A stretch of DNA of 64,000 bases, from contig CAWFQB010000005.1 of NCBI GenBank assembly GCA_963817895.1, positions 768,001 through 832,000 of the forward strand, read 5' to 3'. The position numbers and the translations under genes are program-made. Under the pieces are notes generated by a model. The model did no database searches. It worked only from the letters and a program-made list of their open reading frames with translations, and had not been told where the DNA came from. This document shows, piece after piece, positions 9,369 through 20,654 of the stretch. The DNA comes from an uncultured Chthonomonadaceae bacterium. GTDB taxonomy: Bacteria > Armatimonadota > Chthonomonadetes > Chthonomonadales > Chthonomonadaceae. The number at the start of each line of letters is the position of its first letter. Position 1 is the stretch's first letter.

Positions 9369-9657
9369 CGTTTTTGCCGACCTCGATTTGTCTCAGCCCA
9401 AAGACCGTCAGGCGAAGGCGATGATCGCTATCCATATCGAACGGCTGATAGAGGAAGCGGGATGGACGCAAACCGAGGCCGCGCAGCACATGGGTTTATC
9501 GCAGTCCGATGTCAGTAACATCGTAAAAGGACGCCTGAGCGGGTTTTCGTTAGACCGTCTCTTCCAGTGTCTGGACAATCTCGGTCAGGAAATCGAAATC
9601 AACATCACTCCTCGCGCTTCAAGCGCCTCGCAAGAGAAAACGCTGGTTCACTGGTAA
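9337..9657 (+). CDS. XRE HTH antitoxin (HigA-like)
   Basis: GSGNVFADL N-terminus, TQTEAAQHMGLSQSDVSNI HTH, FSLDRL; GTG start after GGAGGAAG. Confidence 0.85.
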   Translation: MEPKVHVGSGNVFADLDLSQPKDRQAKAMIAIHIERLIEEAGWTQTEAAQHMGLSQSDVSNIVKGRLSGFSLDRLFQCLDNLGQEIEINITPRASSASQEKTLVHW

Positions 9658-9923
9658 CGTGTTGTGAGAGGCGCATGAACGTCACTCCCGACAGAATTTC
9701 TGCATCAGTCTGTTGTCAGCGTAGCGCCTCCTCCTAATTTGTTCCACTCCTTTGCAATTTGATACGTATTGTGCAAGTTCGCGCCAGCAATCAACCAATT
9801 CGGGAAGGTAGCAAGCACTGTGGGGTTTACTTTGCGTTTGCCCCTGTAAAATCTTGGGGGGTCACTATTGGTAGCCTGTCTGCTTTATTCACTCTGAAAA
9901 CGAAACTTTGCAAATTGGTTAAA

Positions 9924-9960
9924 GTTGCCGCCGCGCTTCTAGTAGAAGCGCGGCGGCAAC
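9924..9960. repeat. Perfect 18-bp inverted repeat
   Basis: gttgccgccgcgcttcta-g-tagaagcgcggcggcaac. Confidence 0.8.
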
Positions 9961-10191
9961 CCTTGTGCAGTTCCCAACATATAAAACGTCGGTTATTAGG
10001 CCTACGGCCAACCGTCCTGCGGATAAAATACCCTGCGCCTATTTCCGCGGTAGTGTACTAGAGTTTGAACACGAAGCTTGGCACTTAGTTGAGGCAGTCA
10101 GCTATGAAGCGAGAACGCCCCTAGCCACAATGCGGACGTAGACGTATTTGCCCATTTCTGGTGATCACAAGCGCTACCCATTCAGAGTACG

Positions 10192-10611
10192 CTACCCGCG
10201 CCACCAAGAACGCTTATCGGGAGGTCTATCAGATGAAGAGTGCTGTTGAATCAACTGCTGGTATTCTTCCACCTTTGCCGTAAACTCTGCGAGTAGATGG
10301 CTTATCGCTGTGTTAAAATCCGTAACGTTGATGTTCTGAGCAGACTGAGAGAACTCATCAACATCAGAAGGGTTTGGCTCGTGGAGCATTTGCATCACTC
10401 CATCAAATTGTCCGTAGATGCGTGACATAGCTATAAAGTTCATGATTGAATGATAGGCGAATTCACTTCCAGGACCGGGAGAGAAAGAGGCTACAAATGT
10501 CCTCACCTGTTGTTCAGCACCACGAAAGAAGTCTACTTCTCCCGCAAACAAGGACTGGATAACTTCCTTAGTCTGACGCATTTCTTCATCACTCATGATC
10601 TTCTCCTTCAT
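10192..10611 (-). CDS. Hypothetical helical protein (lower GC)
   Basis: 139-aa ORF with GAGG RBS and protein-like composition; ends KRSWWRG. Confidence 0.6.
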   Translation of the reverse strand: MKEKIMSDEEMRQTKEVIQSLFAGEVDFFRGAEQQVRTFVASFSPGPGSEFAYHSIMNFIAMSRIYGQFDGVMQMLHEPNPSDVDEFSQSAQNINVTDFNTAISHLLAEFTAKVEEYQQLIQQHSSSDRPPDKRSWWRG

Positions 10612-10680
10612 TCATCCTCAAACAGCATGAGGTAAGTCCCTAACCTCGAAACTACAAATTCCTCCGGCATATCTTCGCGG

Positions 10681-13474
10681 CTAACGCTTCGCCTGCATCA
10701 GGCTCATCCAGACGGAGAGGGTTGCGTTTTCCGGGGTGAGTTCGCGGGCCTGACGCAGGGCTTCCAGGGCGCGGGCATTGTCTTTGCTGCGGTAGAAGGC
10801 CAGCCCCTCCTGCGCCAGTTCTTCTGCATAATCGTAGGCGTCGCTGTACCCGATCAGCGTTTGCCGCAGCACCTCCTCCATGGTATGCGCGAAGATGATG
10901 CGCCGATGCGCCATCTGTTCCGGGCGCTGATAGTACAGCGCGGCCAGATCGGACTCGGATAGGCTGCCCGCCGGTAAAATAACTGTCCGAACGGTCGGGT
11001 CGTTGAACACGGCGTCCAGTTTCTGTACCAGTCCGCCAACGGGTTCCACCTGCCCGTTCGCGCCCAACACGCCCGTGACCACAACCGAACGGTCTACGGG
11101 CATTTGCAGACACGCGGATACCAGCGCGACCGCGTCCGCCACGCCCGATGATTTGCCCCGCGTTCGCGCCTCCTCGTCCGGATAGCGCAGCAATGCGTCG
11201 GTATGCGCCCAATCCAATCCCTGCCCCGCCTGCGCCGTCTTTTCCCGCGCATAGTCGAACGCCCGTTTCGCCGCGCTTTGCGTATCCCGTTCCGCTTTGG
11301 CCTCAAACGTAAACTTGCCGTCACCCGGATGAATACTCGCTTCAATCGGAATAATGTGGCCTATCACGGGCATTTTGCCGAGATAGATTACGGCAACTCC
11401 CCGCGCTATGCCGATTGCGCCGTCACGCGGGGCGGGCTTGTCGTCCACCGCGCCCAAAATCGGATGGCGCAGGGCGGTTGTCACGCGCCTGCCGCTTTGG
11501 GGGGACGCCGTTTTGAACTTCCGCTGTAACTGCGCGTCCTCCTGCGCCCGTTTTGCGGCCCACGCCACATTCTTAACTTCCATACGCCCTGCCGAACTGA
11601 CGTACAGCGCGTCGTTTTCATCCCGCGTTTCCGCTGTCAGGGTATGCGGACCGGGCGGCAGGTTGGTTACATCGCAAACGGCTGTATCGAACGGCGCATG
11701 AGTTTGCGTTGCCACCGCCGCGCCGTCAATCAGGAATGTCACCTGCGTTGGGGCCAGTCCGGGCGCGAGGGTTGCCTTCAGCGGCAGCGTATGCGCGGTT
11801 TTTGTGACTACAACCAACGCGGGGGGCGGCTGAACCCGAACCCTCGTCGGTATCGTCACCTGAACCGGCAGCGATCTGAAGGATACGCCCTCGCTGTCTG
11901 TGCCAACCACCCACAGCGCGTGATTGCCGGGCTGGCGGCTGCGCGGGTCGAAGAGCGCGGTTTGCAAATCGGCAGGGTCAGACTGTAACGGGTGTCCATC
12001 CACAAAATACAGAAGGGATTGCGGCGTAAACCCCGGACTGATTTGCGCCCGCAACGTGACCGGCGCAAACAAATTCACGCTCTCATCCAGAGGCTGTAAC
12101 TGTAGCGGGGCATGTTCAAACACAAGCAGGCGGCTTTGCCCCACCGCTCGCGTTACGCCGCTTGTCAGGTTTTGCCGCACCTTCAGCGTATGCAGGCCGG
12201 GGGGCAGAATTTGTGTGGACACGGGCAGCGCGAACTTGCCCCTGCCGTTAAAGCCCGACTGCCGCTGTCCGTCCACATACGCGGCCACTTCCGTATCATT
12301 GGCCTCCTCGGAAACCCCCGTTAAAACAACATCGGTTCCCGCCGCGACCGACAACCGCTCCGGCAGGCGCGCAATGGCAACGGTCACGCGCTTGCGAGCC
12401 AGCAACGCGCTCTCCACAGTGGCATAAACCGCGCTGTCTTCCTCCCCGGTCGCAACCCGCATCCCGACAAACGGCTCTTCCGTAGACACCCGCCTGCCCG
12501 GACGGCGATAAACGGCGAATTTCAGCGGCGCGGAAACCGTATGCGTCCCCATCTCGTTTTCCACATCCACAACCAGCGTATGCGCCCCGCTTGCCAGACT
12601 GTTCGGGTTCCACGTGGCCTGTGTAAACGGGGATTCGCGTCGTTCGGCAATGGTTTTGCCGTCTACCGCATACGTGGCTACGCGGGGATGAAGGGAAGCG
12701 TCAATATCGGCGCGAACACTTATTTTGCCGTTCAGCGCGGACATATCCAGATTCTCGCCAGCAGCAAACGGCAGAACGCGCAGTTTCGGGATGACGGTAA
12801 CGGGAATGGAATCCAGCGTGTACAAACTGCCATCCGTCAGGCGGGCGACGCCGCCCAACAGATGGGTTCCCCGCGCAATGGCGCTCGGATTCCACCAGAC
12901 GTCCGCGTCGCGGTTGGCAAACAGTCCCAGCGGCTTGCCATCCAGCGTATAGCCGATTCGATCTACGCGATCCTCGCCGGTCGGTTCGATATGCAGGCTG
13001 ACGGGTTCGGTCACGCGGGCATCCGGCGCGGGGCTGGCGATACGGAACGGAGCCGCATTGACAATACGCAGTTTGGTTTGCGCCCGCATCCGCCACTCGC
13101 CGTTTACCTGCTGCAAACACGGCTAAAATGCAAACCGTAAAATGTTCCGTTTGCGTGTCATAGCGCAGTTGCCATTTGTCCTGAAAGGTCTTGCGGGAAC
13201 GGGGTTCATTCCCCGCCCGGATAGCAAATGTCTGCGGTTCGCCCGTACGCGGTCCGATGCCCTCAAAGCGCAGGCTGTCTCCCCGCTTGAGAACGAGGGA
13301 CGGCGGCAGGGTTTCAAACGTGTAGGTAAACACGCGCGGTTCCTGTCCCTGCGCATTTGCGGCTGATGTGGCAAGCAGTCCGATCCATAGCCCGCACATT
13401 CCTGCCAGCGCGTACAGCAAAGGATAAGTCCGATACAAATGAAAATGAGAAAAGAGCTTCTTACAGTTTTTCAA
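10681..13474 (-). CDS. Secreted protein with Ig-like domains, Lon-type (S16) protease domain and C-terminal TPR-like helix; apparent frameshift near 13125
   Basis: ORF 13474 supplies the signal peptide. ORF 13116..10681 has Ig-like repeats (LPPGPHTLTAE) and GKSSG..TG..G.VEPVGGLVQK with Ser and Lys 43 residues apart, as in the Lon catalytic dyad. Confidence 0.8.
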
Positions 13475-13711
13475 GACCTACTCCTCACAACAGCTTATGT
13501 CCCTACGCCGCAGGCCATAGAGACAGGTCAGGCAATGTCCGGCAAAAGGTATCCGGTACATAAACAGAAGAAAAACAAACAAGAAAAGCGCGACTGAGCC
13601 GACAAAATAAACAGGCTTACCGGTAATATTCGGCAGATAGCAAGGCGCTCCTGCCCTGCGCGAACAATTTTGTATATATTTTATCCGTTCCCTGCCAACA
13701 CAGAAATATAT

Positions 13712-13740
13712 TTGCCGACAGCCGCGCCATTTGGTACAAT
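13712..13740 (+). promoter_or_regulatory. Sigma-70 promoter with extended -10
   Basis: TTGCCG-N17-TACAAT, with TGn before the -10. Confidence 0.5.
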
Positions 13741-13930
13741 ATATCAGACGACAGACAGGCCCAATTAAGCCAAATACTGAAACTTGTTGCCAGTCTCTAC
13801 CGTCTGATGGTTGATGTTGCAAGCCATTCAGGAGCGTATGGAAGCAACCCTTCTATCGCGTATCCGAAGCGCGGGCAGGCCATCGAAACACCTTACAATC
13901 TAAGCCGCTGAATTTTCAGGGGAAACAACC

Positions 13931-14419
13931 ATGTTAAACATTATGCTGCGTTTGTTTGGGGAACGCGCCCTGCACAAAGCCATTAACACCAAAGCGGGCC
14001 GCAGTCCATTAGACATCAAGTTCGGCTTCGCGCTGCTGCGGGACAAGCGCGTTTCCTTCAAATCGAAGTTGCTGTCACTCGCCTTCGGTGTCGGAATGCT
14101 GGCGTTGCTGCTGATGCTGCAAATCCCACTGGAAGCGATTGCGACGTTTCTGGCTCCGGTGCTGTTGCCGCTCGACTTTCTGATTGACGGTCTGGAATTG
14201 GTCGCCCTGCCCGTGCTGTTTACGGCGATCTCCATTGCGCATATCGCGCCCCGCGCCACTGTGGACGCGCTTTACGCGGAACGTCTGGACGCCCAACCCG
14301 GTAACAACATGGGCAATGTAATTGACGTGGAAAGCTACGCGCCCACTATAACGACGCCTGTTGCTCCCGTTGTGTCGCCTTCGCCGCAGGTGCTATACGC
14401 CGGTTCGCGCCGTTCCTGA
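13931..14419 (+). CDS. Small membrane protein (YkvA/DUF1232-like)
   Basis: LLRDKRVSFKSK followed by hydrophobic helices and PLDFLID. Confidence 0.6.
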   Translation: MLNIMLRLFGERALHKAINTKAGRSPLDIKFGFALLRDKRVSFKSKLLSLAFGVGMLALLLMLQIPLEAIATFLAPVLLPLDFLIDGLELVALPVLFTAISIAHIAPRATVDALYAERLDAQPGNNMGNVIDVESYAPTITTPVAPVVSPSPQVLYAGSRRS

Positions 14420-14451
14420 TGTGGCGTGTATGACGTTGAAACCATCCAAAG

Positions 14452-14486
14452 GCCGCGAAAGAAGCACATTCTTTCGCGGCATTTTT
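14452..14486 (+). terminator. Rho-independent terminator
   Basis: gccgcgaaagaa-gcaca-ttctttcgcggc followed by attttt. Confidence 0.75.
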
Positions 14487-14557
14487 ACATGCTCTCTGCA
14501 TTTAGCGCGTCGGGTTGAAACCCGGCGAATCTGATGGACGCTGTTAATTCTGCCTTC

Positions 14558-14587
14558 TTGACTTTCCGCCCCTCCGCAACCTATACT
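14558..14587 (+). promoter_or_regulatory. Sigma-70 promoter of glyA
   Basis: TTGACT-N18-TATACT. Confidence 0.55.
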
Positions 14588-14671
14588 ATAAGAGAAAAAT
14601 GTATGGGATCAGGAGTACCCAACACCGACTACCGAATACCCAACACCAAATATATGAGGAGCCTTTTCGCC

Positions 14672-16132
14672 ATGCCGCCCATAGATATGCTGGAACCCCA
14701 AACTGCCGGAACAACTTCGCTGCAAGACCTTCTTGAAGATGATGCGCCGTTTGTATCCGCCGCTTCCAATTTCGACAAACTGCGCCAGATTGACCCCGAA
14801 GTGTACAATCTTACCGTTGCGGAAACGCGCCGACAGACCGAATACATCCGCCTGATTCCCTCCGAAAACTACACGTCTTCCGCCGTGCTGCAAGCGATGG
14901 CGACCGTGTTTGCCAACAAATATTCGGAAGGCTACCCCGGCAAGCGCTATTATGAGGGGAACGAACTGGTTGATGAAATCGAGGATTTGGCGCGGAACCG
15001 CGCAAAGAAACTGTTTGGGGCCGACCATGCCAATGTGCAGCCGTACAGCGGTTCGCCCGCCAACCTTGCCGCGTGTTTCGCGCTGATGAAACCCGGCGAC
15101 AAAATCATGGGCATGCACCTGCAAAGCGGCGGGCATTTGACGCACGGCTACAATTTGAACTTCAGCGGCACGTACTACCAGTCCGTCGCGTATGGCTACC
15201 ATGTCGAGCAGGGCGTCACGGGCATGGACCCGAACACGCAAATGCTGGATTACGACGAACTGATGGCGATTGCCAAACGGGAACGACCCAATGTGATCTT
15301 CGCGGGCGGAACCGCCTATCCGCGAACATGGGATTTTGCCCGCTTCCGTGAAATCGCCGATGCCGTTGACGCCTATCTGATTGCCGACATTGCGCACATC
15401 AACGCCCTGATTGTCGGCGGCGTCCATCCCGATCCGGTTCCCTACGCGGATGTGGTCACGTCCACCAGTCACAAGGCCATTCGCGGGCCACGCGGCGGCT
15501 TTATCCTGTGCAAAAACCGCACGATGAAGGACGATGCTGCGCAATCCCTGCCTGACCGCATTGACAAAGCCATCATTCCGGCCCTGCAGGGCGGGCCGCA
15601 CAACAACACCATCGCCGCGCTTGCCGTGTGCTTTAAGGAGGCGGCCACGCAGGAGTTCCGGCAGTACGCCGCGCAAATCGTCAGCAACGCCAAAGCCCTT
15701 GCGCAGGGACTATTGCAGCATGGCTTCGATCTCGTCACGGGCGGCACGGACAACCATCTCATTCTCGTGGACGTGATGAAGTCCCGCCACATTCCCGGCA
15801 AGCCATATGCCCGCGCTTTGTACGAGGCCGGATTGGAAACCAACTTCAACGCGGTTCCCAACGATCCGCGCAAACCATTTTCCCCGTCCGGCCTGCGTAT
15901 CGGAACCCCCGCCATTACCACGCGCGGCTTTAAAGAAGCGCAAATGCTTCAAATCGCCGACTGGATGGATCGCGTCGCCACCGCCCACACGCCCACCGGC
16001 AGCTTTGTGGCAGGCAAAGAAAAAGGCGGTAAAGAATACCGCTTCGATGAGGCCGTTCTACAACAAATCCGGGGTGAAGTGCGCGACCTGTGCGCCAGCG
16101 GAGCCTTCCCCGTCCCCGGTATTGATGAATAG
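14672..16132 (+). CDS. glyA: Serine hydroxymethyltransferase
   Basis: LIPSENY, YSEGYPGKRYYEG, NVQPYSGSPAN, GGHLTHG, PLP lysine in TSTSHKAIRGPRGG, SGLRIGTPAITTRG; start set at ATG after GAGGAG. Confidence 0.97.
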   Translation: MPPIDMLEPQTAGTTSLQDLLEDDAPFVSAASNFDKLRQIDPEVYNLTVAETRRQTEYIRLIPSENYTSSAVLQAMATVFANKYSEGYPGKRYYEGNELVDEIEDLARNRAKKLFGADHANVQPYSGSPANLAACFALMKPGDKIMGMHLQSGGHLTHGYNLNFSGTYYQSVAYGYHVEQGVTGMDPNTQMLDYDELMAIAKRERPNVIFAGGTAYPRTWDFARFREIADAVDAYLIADIAHINALIVGGVHPDPVPYADVVTSTSHKAIRGPRGGFILCKNRTMKDDAAQSLPDRIDKAIIPALQGGPHNNTIAALAVCFKEAATQEFRQYAAQIVSNAKALAQGLLQHGFDLVTGGTDNHLILVDVMKSRHIPGKPYARALYEAGLETNFNAVPNDPRKPFSPSGLRIGTPAITTRGFKEAQMLQIADWMDRVATAHTPTGSFVAGKEKGGKEYRFDEAVLQQIRGEVRDLCASGAFPVPGIDE

Positions 16133-16300
16133 AAAAGGAGAAAAGGAGAAAAGGAGAGGGAAACCGCGAAAGACACGAAACAAACGAAAAAGAACTGCAA
16201 GGGATACTGGCAAAAAGTATTTGCTTCCTTTCCTCCTGTTTTCGTGTATTTAGCGTGTTTCGCGGTTCTTATCTCTCCTCTTCTCCTTTTCTCCTTTTCT
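16131..16300. repeat. Composite inverted repeat (AGAAAAGG)n + aaccgcgaaa... / ...tttcgcggtt + (CCTTTTCT)n between convergent genes
   Basis: Arms read directly from the sequence; a related arm occurs at 48713-48782. Confidence 0.8.
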
Positions 16301-16613
16301 ATCTCTGATCCGCCGGGTCACCCATCGGGTCTTCGCTGGCGGGGCGCACGTTGCGGAACTGGCCGGCCTGCTGGTCGGCGGGATCGCCCATCGGGTCTTC
16401 GCTGGCAGGGCGGACATTCGGGAAATTGCCCGCTTCGTTGGGGACGCCGCCATACGGGTCCATGCCCGAAGGCGCGGCCTGCGCCTGCTGATGCTGACTG
16501 AACAAACCTTCGATTTGTCCGATAAGTCCATGCGTATCGCCCTGCTGGTACGAGGTATTGCTGTCATTGAAAACCGCGTTCTTCACCTGCTGCATCAAAA
16601 AATCCAACCCCAT
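16299..16613 (-). CDS. Small acidic protein with duplicated NVRPASEDPMGDPAD motif
   Basis: 104-aa ORF, AAGGAG RBS, two identical 15-aa repeats. Confidence 0.75.
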   Translation of the reverse strand: MGLDFLMQQVKNAVFNDSNTSYQQGDTHGLIGQIEGLFSQHQQAQAAPSGMDPYGGVPNEAGNFPNVRPASEDPMGDPADQQAGQFRNVRPASEDPMGDPADQR

Positions 16614-16657
16614 TTGTTTAACTCTCCTTCTTGCAATCCGTGTGCCGTAGCGCCGAA

Positions 16658-17170
16658 CTACTGCGGTTCGGAACCCGTATCTTTGGCGGCTCCGGCGTAA
16701 TCTTCGCCCGTCTGACTGTTGTTATAGCCCTTGTAGCGCTGTAAATCCTGCGCTTCGTCGTCGGAAACTTCCTGCGGCGGAACGTCACCCAATGAACCTG
16801 ATGCGTTTTAGGGTCGCGATAGTAGATACGGCCGTTTTTGGACTGGTAATACTGCACATCCTGACCCTGCGCCATCTCCTTGGCTTTTTCGTGATGCTTG
16901 TAGAGGTAGTACAGCAGCGCCGCGCCCGCAAGCACAATAACTACTTTCTTACCCGTGGACATGCCTTTTTTGGCGGGCTGCATTGGCGTGGGAGGCGCGG
17001 GACGTCGCCATGCGGCCCCGCGAATCATCTACGGGCGGCGGAATGTTCGCGTTTCCTCCACCCCCGCCCTTGCCGCCACACCCCACAAAGCAGACCGGAA
17101 ACGCCAGCGAAGCCGCCACGAGCAGAGCGGTGGGGCGAAACGCGCGTTTTCTTTCCAGCAACGTCATCAT
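16658..17170 (-). CDS. Putative lipoprotein, apparently frameshifted twice
   Basis: Lipobox-like FVGC followed by a Gly-rich linker (ORF 16949..17263); TM helix and YYQSKNGRIYYRD (ORF 16618..17028); a third frame gives QEVSDDEAQDLQRYKGYNN...EPQ-stop at 16658. Confidence 0.6.
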
Positions 17171-17330
17171 GAATGTTTTCTCCGCCGCTGCTCCATTCCT
17201 GAAGCGTGATCCAAAGTGTTGTGTCGGCAAAGGATAATCTTTGCAGCGGCTGTAAACTTGCAAAAAGTGAGGCAGCGATCAAAGCCTGTGCCGCTACATA
17301 AGACGCCGCCCGCTTGAAGATGTTCCCGCA

Positions 17331-17424
17331 AGTAGGGAGTAGGGGGTAGGGAGTGGGAAGTAGGACACTGCACAAGTTGAACAAAGCCTTTTCTACTCCC
17401 TACAACCTACCCCTGCTACCTACC
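17331..17424. repeat. Heptamer inverted repeat (GGGAGTA)n / (TACTCCC)n, degenerate
   Basis: agtagggagtagggggtagggagt ... ctactccctacaacctacccctgctacc. Confidence 0.65.
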
Positions 17425-19824
17425 TGTCCAGCGTCGGCAACACCAAATACGACGGATGCGCGTTGTTGTGCAGAATGGTCTGACTGGCAACAGCCATTTT
17501 GGTGGTTGTGCCGTTGTTGTCGCCCGTGTTCAGGTTGCGGTCATAGAGCGGGAAGCAGGACGAACTGGCGAGGACGCGGATTTTATGCCCCTTCTGGAAC
17601 ACGTTGCCCAATGCCCACAGGTCAATGGTGTAATCTGCTGTTTCGTTGGGCGTGAGCAGCACGGGTTTGACGAACCCCTTGCGGAAGCGGGCGCGAATGA
17701 TACCCTGACACAGATTGATCGCTTTGCCGTCCGGCCCGATGTCTTGCAGCATGGCGAACCAGTCCGTGTCTTTCGCGGACGTGGAAGCGGCAAGATGCAG
17801 TTCAATCGGCCCGGCCACAATCACGTCCTTTTGCAGCGCGTCGGTTGTATATGTCAGCGCCTGCGGGTCGCGGTCGCTGCTGCCGCGCGCCGCGCTGACG
17901 GCATCATCGCTCTGTTTGGCGGCGTTTGCCTCGCCACCGGGAATAAAGGGATTGCGCGGGGTCATAGGTGAAACGGTCGGGTTTCTCCGATGCGGACGGT
18001 TTGTTCAGGGACAATTTGCCGTCGCTTTTATCCGCGTTCGCGTGGCCTGCAGAGTGGAAATACCAGCGCGTTTGCGTCGGCCTCTGTCGGGGGCCAGGCG
18101 GTGAACTGCCGCCACTCGTTGCGCCCCATCAGAAACGCCTCGACGGGCTTCTCCTTTTCGATGCCGTTGTCCACGCCCTTGAGCCAGTGGTCGAACCAGC
18201 GCAGATAAAGCGTGTCCAGATCGCGGACGGATTGGGGGCCGAAATCCAGCGGGCCTATTTTGGTACTGGTATTAACGGCATGTGACCAGGGGCCGTACAC
18301 CAGATGCTGATTGGGATGTCCGGCCTCAATCATTGCGGCATAGTTGCGTTTTGTGCCGATGCCGTCGCCGTCGAACCAGCCAGAAATGTGCAGCGCGGGA
18401 ATGTCGGGCATGGTTTTCATGCGAGTGTTGAAATTCACCTGATCCCAGTAAGCGTCATTGGCGGGATGCTTCAGCCACTCCTGAAAAAAGTCTACGTGGT
18501 GTCCCAAAATGGCTTTGTCCACATCGGTCACGGGCAGAGTCTTGAACGGCTTAATACTGGTGAAGGTGGGGATGCTGTTCATGCCCTTGCCGTCCACAAT
18601 CGCCGTCCACCATGTATCAGCCTGCAAAAAGAACGCGCCGAACGCATAAGGAACGTTGAAAAATGGGTCGGGCGGCGACACAATGGGAATCAGGCAGTTG
18701 AGGTGCGGCGGGTTTTCGCGGGCTGCCGCCCACTGCGCAAAGCCGAGGTATGAGCCGCCGATCATGCCTACCTTGCCGCTTGACCACGACTGCGCCGCGC
18801 ACCATTCCACGGAATCATAGCCATCTCGCGCCTCGTTGACAAACGGCTTCCAGCCTCCTTCCGAATCGAACTTGCCGCGAACGTCCTGCGCCACGAACAC
18901 ATAGCCCCGCCTGGCATACGCAGTGGCTTCCAGCGCTTTAGTACGCCCGTAGCACGTCCGCTGCAAAATTACCGGGAACTTGCCGTCACCGTCCGGGCGA
19001 TATACGTCCGCCGTCAATTGCGCGCCGTCGCGCATCGCGATTTTGACAGTCTCTTTTTTCACGCTGTACGTAGGTTTGGAAAGCGTTGGGTCGGAAGAGG
19101 TTTCCGGCTGCATCAACTCCTGATAGCCGTCGCGAACGGCGAACAGTTTCTGCGTCGCCATGCTCAACATCAGGATACGCCCGTTCTCGTCCGTCGCGAG
19201 TTCCATCTCCTGTTCGCCAACGGGCGTGGGGACGGAAACGCCGTAACGCGCGACAGGCACGGTCTTGCCGCTAATCTGACGCGGTTTCGCGCCCAAACTT
19301 GTCAGCGTCAGTTTGGCCTGAATGATGCCCTGCGCGCCAATCGTATTTGCATAGACCACATCGAACGCCTGTGAACCGCCCTTGCTTTTGTCATACGCGG
19401 CGACAACGTTGGCGAGAAGGTGCGGGGCGGCTACGCTCGCGAACGGGTAGAAGTTGACCGGCAGTTTAACGTCTTTCGCTTTGGGCGTAATATCCGTTAC
19501 GAGTTTACCTGCTGTGCCGTTGACTTCCAGCGTAAATTTGCCGCCCGGTTTGGCTTCCGTAGCAATCCTCAGAACCTTCCCCTGCCTGCCCTTCACGCTT
19601 ATGTGGAACGTTTGCGATACCGCGCCCGATTTCGCTTCGGCATCACATTCGGAACCGCCCTCGCTGTCGGTTTTGAAGGTTCCCCTGATGATCTCGTTTT
19701 CCTGAATCGTGACTATATATTTGCCCTCATCGGGCGCGACCTTGTCTGCCGCGCCAACGCCCAAAGGCAGTAAACTCAGAAACAGGGTTGTCAGCGCTCC
19801 CCCCGTCAAATGCGCGTATCGCAT
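17420..19824 (-). CDS. CocE/NonD family (S15) hydrolase with N-terminal extension; frameshift near 18060-17965
   Basis: MRDGAQLTADVYRP, QDVRGKFDSEG, nucleophile IGGSYLG, GPWSH; C-terminal PepX_C-like part (FPLYDRNLNTG) lies in ORF 17420..17965; signal peptide. Confidence 0.88.
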
Positions 19825-19892
19825 GTGCGTGTGTCCTTCCAAAACTACAGTTTTTGAATGTACCGCAAATCTTTCACGGCCATCCAGCTTGC

Positions 19893-19998
19893 AAAGGATG
19901 AAGGATGAAGGATGAACTTTATGTCCAACCTCTATTCGCGCGAAAAAGAGAGTGGAACAGGCATTTTCTTCATCCTTCATCCCTCATCCTTCATCCTT
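19893..19998. repeat. Heptamer inverted repeat (GGATGAA)n / (TTCATCC)n
   Basis: aaggatgaaggatgaaggatgaa ... tcatccttcatccctcatccttcatcctt. Confidence 0.85.
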
Positions 19999-20559
19999 TG
20001 CTATGTCCTCGCTCGGCATAACAATCATACTTAACAGTCGTCTTCGACGCCCCTCTTCGGGCGTTTGCGCCAGCCACTTGCGAAAAACAACATTTAACTC
20101 GTTCGCCATTTCGCCGGCCTCTTCGTCCGTGAGATAAACCGGAAAGGTGCTGTACCCGAACTCGCCCGGTGTCAATTGCGCGGGATGGTGTTCTGCGAAA
20201 TTGCGAAATTGCGCCAGCAGCGACGCTACATAAGCCGTGAAGTAGCGAAGATTGGCTTTCGGCGTCTCGTTCGCCAGTTCCTGCGCGGTCAAAGTGGCGT
20301 TTTGCTCCTCGACGGCATACACTTTTTCCAGTGTGCCGCGTACCGGCGTCTCTTTCACAACCCGTATCACGTCCGCCGCGTACAGCGTCTGAATATGCCG
20401 ATAAAGCGAGGCGCGCGGCACATCCGGCAGACACTCCCCGATCTGCTGCGGAGTCATTTCCCGCCCGGTCAGCGTCATCAGGATGCGCAGGCGTACCGGA
20501 TGCAATAGATGGGCCGCTTTGGATTTAGAATCGGGGGCGTGGAAACCGGGTGTTTTCAA
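19984..20559 (-). CDS. ArsR-like winged HTH transcriptional regulator
   Basis: LLHPVRLRILMTL, DVPRASLYRHIQTL, VRGTLEKVY. Confidence 0.85.
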   Translation of the reverse strand: MKTPGFHAPDSKSKAAHLLHPVRLRILMTLTGREMTPQQIGECLPDVPRASLYRHIQTLYAADVIRVVKETPVRGTLEKVYAVEEQNATLTAQELANETPKANLRYFTAYVASLLAQFRNFAEHHPAQLTPGEFGYSTFPVYLTDEEAGEMANELNVVFRKWLAQTPEEGRRRRLLSMIVMPSEDIAKDEG

Positions 20560-20654
20560 AAGCGAGTTTTTCCTTATTTTCAGACGGTAGCGGCAAGTCG
20601 TCGGCTTCGCGCTTCTCTGCTAGTATCGTGAAAACATTGCCGGCGCAAAGTGAT

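Noticed and set aside
14490..14671. ZTP or glycine riboswitch upstream of glyA
   Set aside because: Consensus elements not found; only a short cgggttgaaacccg hairpin, a promoter and a heptamer arm
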